A stretch of DNA of 23,943 bases from a bacterium (GTDB lineage Bacteria; Hinthialibacterota; Hinthialibacteria; Hinthialibacterales; Hinthialibacteraceae). The translations under genes were made by a program, and so were the position numbers. Shown piece by piece: positions 17,401-23,943 of this stretch (position 1 is its first letter; each line of letters begins with the position of its first letter). The stretch lies in assembly GCA_041946805.1 (NCBI GenBank), contig JBHGBC010000091.1, positions 1-23,943 on the forward strand. The letters run 5' to 3'. Below the pieces are notes generated by a model, which had not been told where the DNA came from, ran no database searches, and saw only the letters and a list, made by a program, of their open reading frames with translations.

Positions 17401-17715
17401 TTGCAGGCGCAGGGAATCGGGGCTGGGTAACTGGTTTGCGGCGTCGAACGTGACCACCACCTTGACGATGTCGCGGGAATCTTCCCACATCACGCCGTGA
17501 TCGAGGCCGTTCTCTTCCCAGTGGGTCAGGCCGCCGAAGGGGACGGCATCGAAGGCTTCACCGGCTTTCGGATGGTTGGGTTCCGAGGCGGCGGCCAGGC
17601 CGGGGATGATGAAGATCCCGGCGGCCAGGACCGGGCCCAGGAATGAGAAGAAGCGGGATACGCGAGAGACGGGTGAGAATCGGGAAAGGCGGATTGTAGG
17701 CAAAGCAGTCTGCAT
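14401..17715 (-). CDS. Large secreted protein with a putative (alpha/alpha)6 six-hairpin glycosidase-like C-terminal domain
   Basis: ORF 14401-17730; a GGGGAG SD favours ATG 17715. Signal peptide ends PGLAAA. Helical domain motifs GWVLWCLGEHYWYTRDSAWL and GLLPPGSLEDIGDW..WLSNNIY, then LWLGAALPRYWL and TYFG. Confidence 0.75.
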   Translation of the reverse strand: MQTALPTIRLSRFSPVSRVSRFFSFLGPVLAAGIFIIPGLAAASEPNHPKAGEAFDAVPFGGLTHWEENGLDHGVMWEDSRDIVKVVVTFDAANQLPSPDSLRLQYWKATWPQRRIPRDEPSGAGSSGWLDIGDWYQGRWQDADVNLTVNGNAYEYTFNPINAQEFDDVGDFDAIYRATLKLRVISGQPLPKIASLQAFTDSTWQEQTVEIEWGGTAQDEQDWSGRLEAFNAHVLQVEPLSSGSRVAVAPDFSWKSTTRDQVDGIRARILHAKPQGYNSFDESILTVRARQETFSFALSDLIRWKTIFIPDYGVLARLAGEKETLASAQEKWTQEKNRDLYTRVFQVPEQTFTQAWNDMPAKAAHYIPLSFEGSRQHFQLDENGHVTCINGSWISRIRGKDTDRCLWSGGSITYRLGLPGGQPTARELLDGDLPVISSHWEANGIRYAQTAFAIPLLGIPNAGGRVWADDTLVLMMRVDLENPTSEDQEVVMPFSVSCAEGEQKLVLVGDQAIAQTKEGPLPRFLVRSFAKTGEFEWKEAEKPLEYQAYLPPLSSQTLEIFIPFITLTFENEWNQLAALDWEEAYQGVSQYWRGRIDAGTRIHTPEPMINEFYRAHAAHLLINTEREVGLSDRYMAKVGTFHYGVYSNESCMMISDLDRRGYHERARQALESWIHYQGSVALPGDYSTAEGEFYGAGGYEAGGYNQHHGWVLWCLGEHYWYTRDSAWLNRVAPNIAQACDWITQQRRRNEAEAVKLPLRAIEHGLLPPGSLEDIGDWRVWLSNNIYSWWGMKNAAEALAAIQHPEAERLLADAEDYHQAILNGFTEAMRRSPVVRLRDGSWIPHIPSEVHRRGRSFGWLTETLEGAIHLVRCGALEPWDRRSTWIIKDFEDNLYLSEQYGYNLTGHDFERFWFSHGGISMQANLLCNPIPYLQRDEPEHFLRAYFNAFAASYFPDTRMMTEHALPSIGDWRGDHYKSSDEANSTYWLRLMFAMEKGDQLWLGAALPRYWLADGQKIGIEQSVTYFGILSMEMESQVNKGYIRMTIDPPRRNPPREIYARFRHPEGKRMIRCLVNGDAHDDFDPEKEWVRVTPGEDRIEIVAYYE

Positions 17716-17767
17716 GACGGATCTCCCCATGGTACAATGATTTTCCTCTCCGGCCGCGGGAGGCGGT

Positions 17768-17790
17768 TGGAGCGCAGGCGTCCCGCCCGC
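17768..17790 (+). repeat. REP-like palindrome TGGAGCGCAGGCGTCCCGCCCGC
   Basis: GCAGGCG-TCC-CGCCCGC imperfect hairpin in the divergent intergenic region. Confidence 0.45.
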
Positions 17791-18045
17791 GTTCCGCGAT
17801 CATCATCGATCGGCGGGATTGTAGGACGTTCGCGGCGGGAAGTAAATCAGACCCGGGGGATCGGGTGGGGAAGCCGTTCCCATGAAAATGGGGGATCGAG
17901 TGGGTGGAATAGGGGGAGTATGCCGCCGCGTGCCACGATGAGATTAGGTGAATGGCGGCCGGCAGGAACTGGATTCAAGCCGGCGTGAAGGATGGAGATG
18001 AATGGCTTCCTCTCACCCCGGCCTGAATGAAAGCCAAGGGAAATC

Positions 18046-18828
18046 ATGAAATCCATGGAAGTCATTGGAATCCAATTCAATATCGCCTGGGAAGACAAGC
18101 GAGCCAATTTTGAAAAAGTTCAAGCCCTATTAGAGCCGGTGGACATCGCGCCGGGCAGCCTGATCGTGCTGCCGGAAATGTTTGCGACGGGATTCAGCAT
18201 GAACGTGGCGGGGATTTTCGAGGACGAGGCGGGCGAGACCTTTGCTTTTCTCAGGGACTTGGCCCGGCGCTATCGTTCGTGCGCCGTGGGCGGCGTGGTC
18301 ACCCGGGGGCCGGACGGCCGGGGGCGGAACGAGGCGGTGGTGATCGATCCCGGCGGAATCCTCCACGCGCGCTATCGGAAAATGCATCCGTTTTCCCTGG
18401 CGGGTGAACATCGGCATTATGAGCCAGGCCAGGACGTGGTGACGTTCGCGTGGGGAGAGTTCACCACCGCCCCGTTCATCTGCTACGATCTGCGGTTTCC
18501 CGAAGTGTTCCGGCGGGCTGTGCGGCGGGGGGCCGATCTGTGCGTGGTGATCGCCTGCTGGCCCGCGAAACGCGAAGCGCACTGGACGGCGTTGCTCCGG
18601 GCGCGGGCGATTGAAAACCAGGCCTGGGTGATAGGGATCAACCGGTGCGGTTCCGATCCCGGACACACGTATTCCGGAAGGAGTCTCATTGTCGATCCCC
18701 GGGGCGAGGTGATCGCGGACGCGGGGAATGGCGAGGGGATCCTCCAGGCGGAAGCGGATCACGCCTTCGTGAAGAAATACCGCCAGGAGTTGCCGTTTTT
18801 GGCCGACGCGCGGGTGGATTGTCTATAA
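18046..18828 (+). CDS. Carbon-nitrogen hydrolase (omega-amidase YafV/MtnU-like)
   Basis: Catalytic triad motifs VLPEMF, YRKMHPF and ICYDLRFPE; also WP..R..HW..LLRARAIENQ. Confidence 0.92.
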   Translation: MKSMEVIGIQFNIAWEDKRANFEKVQALLEPVDIAPGSLIVLPEMFATGFSMNVAGIFEDEAGETFAFLRDLARRYRSCAVGGVVTRGPDGRGRNEAVVIDPGGILHARYRKMHPFSLAGEHRHYEPGQDVVTFAWGEFTTAPFICYDLRFPEVFRRAVRRGADLCVVIACWPAKREAHWTALLRARAIENQAWVIGINRCGSDPGHTYSGRSLIVDPRGEVIADAGNGEGILQAEADHAFVKKYRQELPFLADARVDCL

Positions 18829-18965
18829 AAGAGTTAGTCCGGGAATAATCCAATTGACCCTATTTTAGGTTTTTATGAGGGTTTCAAACGTAGATTAAAA
18901 TATCAAAGGGAACTGGAAAATCGATCGCGCGGAGAGTAAATATCACGCCCTTCCAGGGAATTTGG

Positions 18966-19053
18966 GCAGGATCGGACCTGGGTGTCCTCCCTCATCCCGG
19001 GGCGAATGAAATCAACTTTACTTCATCAGGTACGCGCTTCCCGGATGAACCAT
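18966..19053 (+). repeat. 88-bp dispersed element, copy B
   Basis: 72/88 identity to 4077-4164 in the same orientation; ends 48 nt before the next ATG. Confidence 0.85.
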
Positions 19054-19101
19054 TCGTTACGAAATCTTGACAGAACCAAATACAAACCAGGAGAGAATCA
19101 A

Positions 19102-20472
19102 ATGCGAGCACTTTCATGGCCGATGTGGATTTGCCTAGGCCTGGTTGGATTGATGGTTGGAATCCTGCCGAACGCGGGAGAGGCCGGCCTGAAAGCGGGG
19201 GCGGCGGCCGTGGTGATCACGCCGGAGTACGACATCTGGCTGGCGGGGTATGGCGACCGGAACCGTCCCTCGGAAGGGAAGATTCACGATTTGTACGCCA
19301 AGGCGCTGGCGTTGGAGGATGAGGCGGGGACCCGGCTGGTCCTGGTGACCACCGATCTAATCAATTTGTGGGCGGAGTTCACGGACCGCGTGGCCGGGCG
19401 GTTGCAAGCCGAATGGAATCTGCCGCGCGAGGCGGTGCTGTTCAATTCATCGCATACGCATTCCGGCCCGATTTTGCCCGACAAGCTGCAGGGGATCCAT
19501 CCCGCGCCCGAGGAGCAATGGAATCTGTCCCGGCGGTATGCCGTGGAATTGGAGGACAAGTTGATCCAGGTGGTCCGCCAGGCGCTTGGCAACCTGGAAC
19601 CGGCCCAGATCGCGTATGGCCGGGGCAGCGCCGGATTCGGGAAGAACCGCCGTCAATATACGTTGGAGGGCATCATCAACGGCGAGAACCCCATCGGGCC
19701 GGTGGATCATGACGTCCCCGTATTGCGGGTGGACGGCGCGGACGGCGCGGTGAAGGCCGTGGTCTTCGGCTACGCCTGCCATAACACGACGTTGAATTTG
19801 TACCGGTTTTGCGGGGATTACGCCGGATTCGCGCAGATCGCGTTGGAGAAGAAATTCCCAGGGGCGGTGGCGCTTTTCTTCGCCGGATGCGGGGCGGACA
19901 TCAATCCGCTACCCCGGCGGAAAGTGGAACTGGCGGAGCGGTACGGCGAGGAATTGGCGCGGGGAGCCGGGCAGGCATTGGCCGGCGGCATGAAGCCGGT
20001 GGAAGGGCCGCTGCGCGCGGCGTTTGCACGGATCGATCTGGCGCTGACTCCCGCCCCCGCCAAGGAACAACTGGAAGCGCAATGGCGGCAAACCGGCAGC
20101 CCGGTCATCCAGCGATGCCTGGGCTTGATATTGGATGAATACGGGCGCCGCGGCTCGTTGCCGGAGACCTGCCCCTACCCGGTGCAGGTATGGCGGGTGG
20201 GGAACGAACTCATCGTCACCGCCCTGGGCGGCGAAGTGGTGGTGGATTACGCGTTGCGGTTGAAGTATGAGCTGGGAGCCGGGCATACCTGGGTGATGGG
20301 CTATTCCAACGACGTCATGGCGTACATCCCCTCCTTGCGGATCTTGCGGGAAGGTGGTTACGAGGGCAAGGACGCCATGGTCGAATATGGTTTGGCCGGG
20401 GAATGGCGGCCGGACATCGAAGAGCGGATCGTGAGGGAGATCCACCGGCTGGTGGACGCGACGGAGCGGTGA
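19102..20472 (+). CDS. Secreted neutral/alkaline ceramidase-like amidohydrolase
   Basis: AGGAGA SD; signal peptide. Motifs ITP..LAGY..R, HDLYAKALAL, SHTHSGP, GPVDHDVPVL, YACHNT, GCGADINP, GEVVVDY and GGYEG. Confidence 0.85.
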   Translation: MRALSWPMWICLGLVGLMVGILPNAGEAGLKAGAAAVVITPEYDIWLAGYGDRNRPSEGKIHDLYAKALALEDEAGTRLVLVTTDLINLWAEFTDRVAGRLQAEWNLPREAVLFNSSHTHSGPILPDKLQGIHPAPEEQWNLSRRYAVELEDKLIQVVRQALGNLEPAQIAYGRGSAGFGKNRRQYTLEGIINGENPIGPVDHDVPVLRVDGADGAVKAVVFGYACHNTTLNLYRFCGDYAGFAQIALEKKFPGAVALFFAGCGADINPLPRRKVELAERYGEELARGAGQALAGGMKPVEGPLRAAFARIDLALTPAPAKEQLEAQWRQTGSPVIQRCLGLILDEYGRRGSLPETCPYPVQVWRVGNELIVTALGGEVVVDYALRLKYELGAGHTWVMGYSNDVMAYIPSLRILREGGYEGKDAMVEYGLAGEWRPDIEERIVREIHRLVDATER

Positions 20473-20588
20473 GGAGCGGAGGGATCGTCCGTATCCCGCC
20501 GGCGGGGGTTTTCGTGTACAATTTAAACCGTCGGGTCCCTTTCCCATGGGGCCCCCAAAAAACCGATAACCAATCGAGCGCGGAAATC

Positions 20589-21644
20589 ATGGCGGTTACG
20601 GAAACCTTGGAGAGCCGCTTGGCCCATAATACCCGGGACGCGGAGCTCTGCGAGAAAGTGCCCGAAAACAAAGTGCGGTGTTTCGCCTGCGGGCATCTCT
20701 GCTTGATCCCGGAGGGCCGTCCGGGAGTCTGCCGGGTGCGGTATAACGCCGGCGGCGTGTTGCGCGCGCCCTTCGGGTACGTGGCGGCCCTGCACTGCGA
20801 TCCCATCGAAAAAAAGCCGTTTTACCATGTATTGCCCGGCAGCCAGGCGATGAGTTTCGGCATGCTGGGCTGCGACTATCATTGCGCCTATTGTCAGAAC
20901 TGGATCACCTCGCAGGCCATCCGGGATCCCGAGGCGGGCAGTTCCCTGCAAGCGATCACGGCGGAGGAGATCGCCGAGCTGGCCGTGGCGTATGGCGCGC
21001 GCACGGTGACCAGCACGTACAACGAGCCGTTGATCACTTCCGAGTGGGCGGTGGAGGTCTTCCGGGCCGCGAAAGCGAGGGGGCTTCATACTTCGTATGT
21101 TTCCAACGGCAACGGGACACCGCGGGTGATCGAGTATCTCCGGCCGTGGACCGATTTTTACAAGGTCGATTTGAAGAGCTTTCAAGACAAGAATTACCGC
21201 AAACTGGGCGGGAAGTTGAGCACGGTGCTGGAAACCATCCGCCTTTTGAAAGAGAAGGGTTTTTGGGTGGAAATAGTCACGCTGGTGGTTCCCGGATTGA
21301 ACGATACGCCGGACGAACTGCGGGATATCGCCCGCTTTCTCGTGTCGGTGAGCCGCGAAATCCCCTGGCATATCACCGCGTTTCATGAGGAGTACAAGAT
21401 GCGCGGCATGGGGAATACCCGTCTGGCCGCGTTGCGCCGGGCCGGGGAAATCGGGAAAGAGGAAGGATTGGCGTTCGTGTATCTCGGCAATATGCCGGGA
21501 GCCGCCCCCGAGTGGGAAAACACCTATTGCCCCGCCTGCCATGCGCTGCTGGTGGAACGCGTGGGATTCCGGGTGCTGGAGAGCCGGATCGAGGGGGGCG
21601 CCTGTCCCGTGTGCCGCCGGGAGATCCCCGGATGTTGGGAGTGA
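20589..21644 (+). CDS. amrS: AmmeMemoRadiSam system radical SAM enzyme
   Basis: N-terminal CFACGHLC...GVCRVR, DPIEKKPFYH, CDYHCAYCQNW (Cx3Cx2C), TYNEP, VDLK, and C-terminal TYCPAC...CPVC. Confidence 0.92.
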   Translation: MAVTETLESRLAHNTRDAELCEKVPENKVRCFACGHLCLIPEGRPGVCRVRYNAGGVLRAPFGYVAALHCDPIEKKPFYHVLPGSQAMSFGMLGCDYHCAYCQNWITSQAIRDPEAGSSLQAITAEEIAELAVAYGARTVTSTYNEPLITSEWAVEVFRAAKARGLHTSYVSNGNGTPRVIEYLRPWTDFYKVDLKSFQDKNYRKLGGKLSTVLETIRLLKEKGFWVEIVTLVVPGLNDTPDELRDIARFLVSVSREIPWHITAFHEEYKMRGMGNTRLAALRRAGEIGKEEGLAFVYLGNMPGAAPEWENTYCPACHALLVERVGFRVLESRIEGGACPVCRREIPGCWE

Positions 21645-21728
21645 GGAAGGCGGGGATCGAATTTCCCCTGGGCGAATGAATTGATGCGGATGGGATGACA
21701 CCGGTTTGGGAAGGCCGCGGCGATAGCC

Positions 21729-23943
21729 ATGAAGCGTTTGCGCACCCGCCTCATAGTCGCGTTTCTCGGCGTCGCCGTCCTGGCCATGATCTCCTTGTCC
21801 CTCGTGCCGTATTTGACCCTGCAATACCGGAACAAGGGCGTGCGCGATTACGTGCTGCAATCGACGCTGGAGGAGTTGCAGGCGGAGATCAATCAGTACA
21901 GCAACGCGCCGGCCGGGGAGGTGCTGCTGCCATTGGCGCAGTATTTGGAGGAGCGCCTCGTGGAGCGTCCCGGCCTGTTGGAATTGCTGGAACAGACCGA
22001 GAACCTGGATGATCCCGTGGCCCAGGGCCAGTTGAACGCGTGGGAGTTGACCCTGTGGCGGAGAGTGCCCGATACCTGGAAGCAGGTTTTGACCCTGCAG
22101 AATTTGAAGTTGATCCCCCGCCAGCCCTACTTGGCCATGCGGGAGTGGCTGGATGACAACCTGCTGTACGAAGAAAACGGCCGGATCTACACCTACGCCA
22201 TCCAGGAAGTGTATAAGGGGCAGAACCGGCAAGAGATGCAGCTGGTGGGGGCCCTGATATTCAAGACCCTGCTGATCGCCAAGGATCCCAATGATCCCAA
22301 CCGGCGGCCGCTGCTCAATATCCGCAAGCAATACAGTTCGTACCTGACGGTTTTGAATCCCCAGCCCAGCCTGTTGGAGCCGTACCTGCCCCGGAGCCTG
22401 GCCGGGCGATTGTCCGGAATGGGTCCGAGGAAATTGTTCGAGGTAGTCGATGTGGAGCGGGTGGAAATCGCGGCGGATGACACGCGCTGGCCGCCCTGGT
22501 TCCGGAAGTCGCCCTTGCAGATGAAGTTGCTGCCCATCGTGAATCATCAGCGGCAGTTGGCGGCCATCATGGTGCTGGCGTTGCCGATCACGAGCATCAT
22601 CGGGACGATCGGCTATTCGCTGCTGGCGGGATACATCGTGACCCTGGTGGTGATCATCCTGGCGGCGATCTTGTTCGCGCGGTCGATATCGCAGCCGATC
22701 CGGGAGTTGGCTTCGGCGGCGGAACGCATGTCGGAGGGGGATTTCGGCGCGCGGGTGATCGAGGCGGGCAGCGAGGAGTTGCGCATTCTGAGTTCGTCAT
22801 TCAATCAGATGGCGGTGCGGATTCAAAACCAGATGGCGCAGTTGAAGCAAAAAACCAACGAGTTGGAGATCAGCAACCGCGAGGTGATCCAGACGCAGCG
22901 TTTTTTGGAAAACATCTTGGCCAATGTCCGCACGGGGGTGATGAGCGTGGAGAGCGGCGGGCGGATCAGCCATGTCAATCAGGCCGGCGTGAGCATCTTG
23001 CGGATAGCGAATTGGGAGGGGAAATCCATCCGCGAGGGGATCCGCTCGGCGGCCTTGGTGAACCTGATCCAGTATTCGCTCGAACAGGTCCATCCGGTGC
23101 AGGAAACCGAGATCCTGTACGAGTTGGCGGAGGGCGCCCTGATCCCCCTGCGGGTGAGCACGGCGCCGGTGGTGGAGAACGGGAAGTTGACGGGGCTGGT
23201 GGTGACGTTCCACGATTTGTCCACCATCCGGCAGTTGGAGGAACGGGTGCGGCGGCAGGACCGCCTGGCGGCCTTGGGGCACATGGCGGCGGGCGTGGCG
23301 CATGAGATCCGCAATCCGTTGGGCATCATCCGGGGTTCGGCCGAGCTGTTGAAAAAACGTTTTGCCCACCGGCCCGAGGAAGAAGGGCTGTCGGATTTCA
23401 TTTTGGAGGAAGTGGTCCGGTTGTCGCGGGTGGTGAACGACTTTCTGCTGTTTGCGCGGCCGCCGGCGCCGCATCTGGAGGAGGTGCGCCCCGACGGATT
23501 GTTCGCGGATATCGCCGAATACTTCGAGAAACAGCCCACCCGGGATAAATATCCCGTGGTGATGGAGCCGGCGGACGGGGTTCCAGCCCTGGCCATGGAT
23601 TTAAAACTCAGCCGCCAAATATTTCTCAATTTGTTCTTGAACGCGCAGGAGGCGATGCCGGACGGGGGGACGATCACGCTGCGGGCGCGGGCGTATTCGC
23701 CGCGGGAGGTGGCGGTCGAGGTCATCGATGAGGGGATGGGGATTCCTCCCGGCCGGATCGACAAGATCTTCGATCCATTTTACACGATGAAGGAGAACGG
23801 CACGGGGTTGGGTTTGTCGCTGGTTCATCAGCTCATGTCGAGTCATGGGGGGCGGGTGGAGGTGGAAAGCACACCGGGGCGGGGAAGCGTGTTCCGGTTG
23901 ATTTTCCCGGCCTATGAAGCGTTAATGGCCGAGAATCCACCCG
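21729..23943 (+). CDS. Membrane sensor histidine kinase (TM-extracytoplasmic-TM-HAMP-PAS-HisKA-HATPase), truncated by the window edge
   Basis: Open from ATG 21729 to the edge. ISQPIRELASAAERMSEGDF (HAMP), AHEIRNPL (H-box), NLFLNAQEAM, DEGMGIP, FDPFYTMK and GTGLGL. Absent from the ORF track because no stop codon falls in the window. Confidence 0.95.
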   Translation, partial: MKRLRTRLIVAFLGVAVLAMISLSLVPYLTLQYRNKGVRDYVLQSTLEELQAEINQYSNAPAGEVLLPLAQYLEERLVERPGLLELLEQTENLDDPVAQGQLNAWELTLWRRVPDTWKQVLTLQNLKLIPRQPYLAMREWLDDNLLYEENGRIYTYAIQEVYKGQNRQEMQLVGALIFKTLLIAKDPNDPNRRPLLNIRKQYSSYLTVLNPQPSLLEPYLPRSLAGRLSGMGPRKLFEVVDVERVEIAADDTRWPPWFRKSPLQMKLLPIVNHQRQLAAIMVLALPITSIIGTIGYSLLAGYIVTLVVIILAAILFARSISQPIRELASAAERMSEGDFGARVIEAGSEELRILSSSFNQMAVRIQNQMAQLKQKTNELEISNREVIQTQRFLENILANVRTGVMSVESGGRISHVNQAGVSILRIANWEGKSIREGIRSAALVNLIQYSLEQVHPVQETEILYELAEGALIPLRVSTAPVVENGKLTGLVVTFHDLSTIRQLEERVRRQDRLAALGHMAAGVAHEIRNPLGIIRGSAELLKKRFAHRPEEEGLSDFILEEVVRLSRVVNDFLLFARPPAPHLEEVRPDGLFADIAEYFEKQPTRDKYPVVMEPADGVPALAMDLKLSRQIFLNLFLNAQEAMPDGGTITLRARAYSPREVAVEVIDEGMGIPPGRIDKIFDPFYTMKENGTGLGLSLVHQLMSSHGGRVEVESTPGRGSVFRLIFPAYEALMAENPP

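Noticed and set aside
15112..17430. 450-aa and 289-aa plus-strand ORFs
   Set aside because: Shadows of the 1100-aa minus-strand gene.
18046..18828. Nit6803-type nitrilase partner of the radical SAM enzyme
   Set aside because: It lies 10 kb away, and its CYDLRFPE motif indicates the amidase branch rather than nitrilase CWE.
20523..22547. 674-aa minus-strand ORF
   Set aside because: Antisense to amrS and the kinase, both of which have clear family motifs.

Overview
GC-rich bacterial chromosomal window. It holds housekeeping genes (tRNA-Phe(GAA), trpF, a thioredoxin-TPR chaperedoxin of YbbN/CnoX type, thiO), other enzymes (two Nudix hydrolases, a DinB-family protein, a carbon-nitrogen hydrolase, an AmmeMemoRadiSam radical SAM enzyme), an APC permease, and a HAMP-PAS sensor kinase that runs off the right edge and is missing from the ORF track. 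Four signal-peptide proteins look like uncharacterised secreted hydrolases. No integrase, transposase or CRISPR array is visible. The best candidates for new biology are: (1) an unlisted 38-aa single-helix membrane protein at 13496-13612 (-), with a good SD, a perfect 14-bp palindrome and an opposite-strand promoter over its start, resembling type I toxin-antitoxin layouts; (2) an operon of an atypical Cx10Cx2C radical SAM enzyme, a Nudix hydrolase and an APC permease; (3) several intergenic palindrome families, including an 88-bp element present twice, REP-like hairpins starting GCAG rather than GTAG, and BoxC-like repeats with a G-quadruplex motif, two of which bracket one gene as an inverted pair. 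All family calls come from motif recognition by eye; no searches were run.
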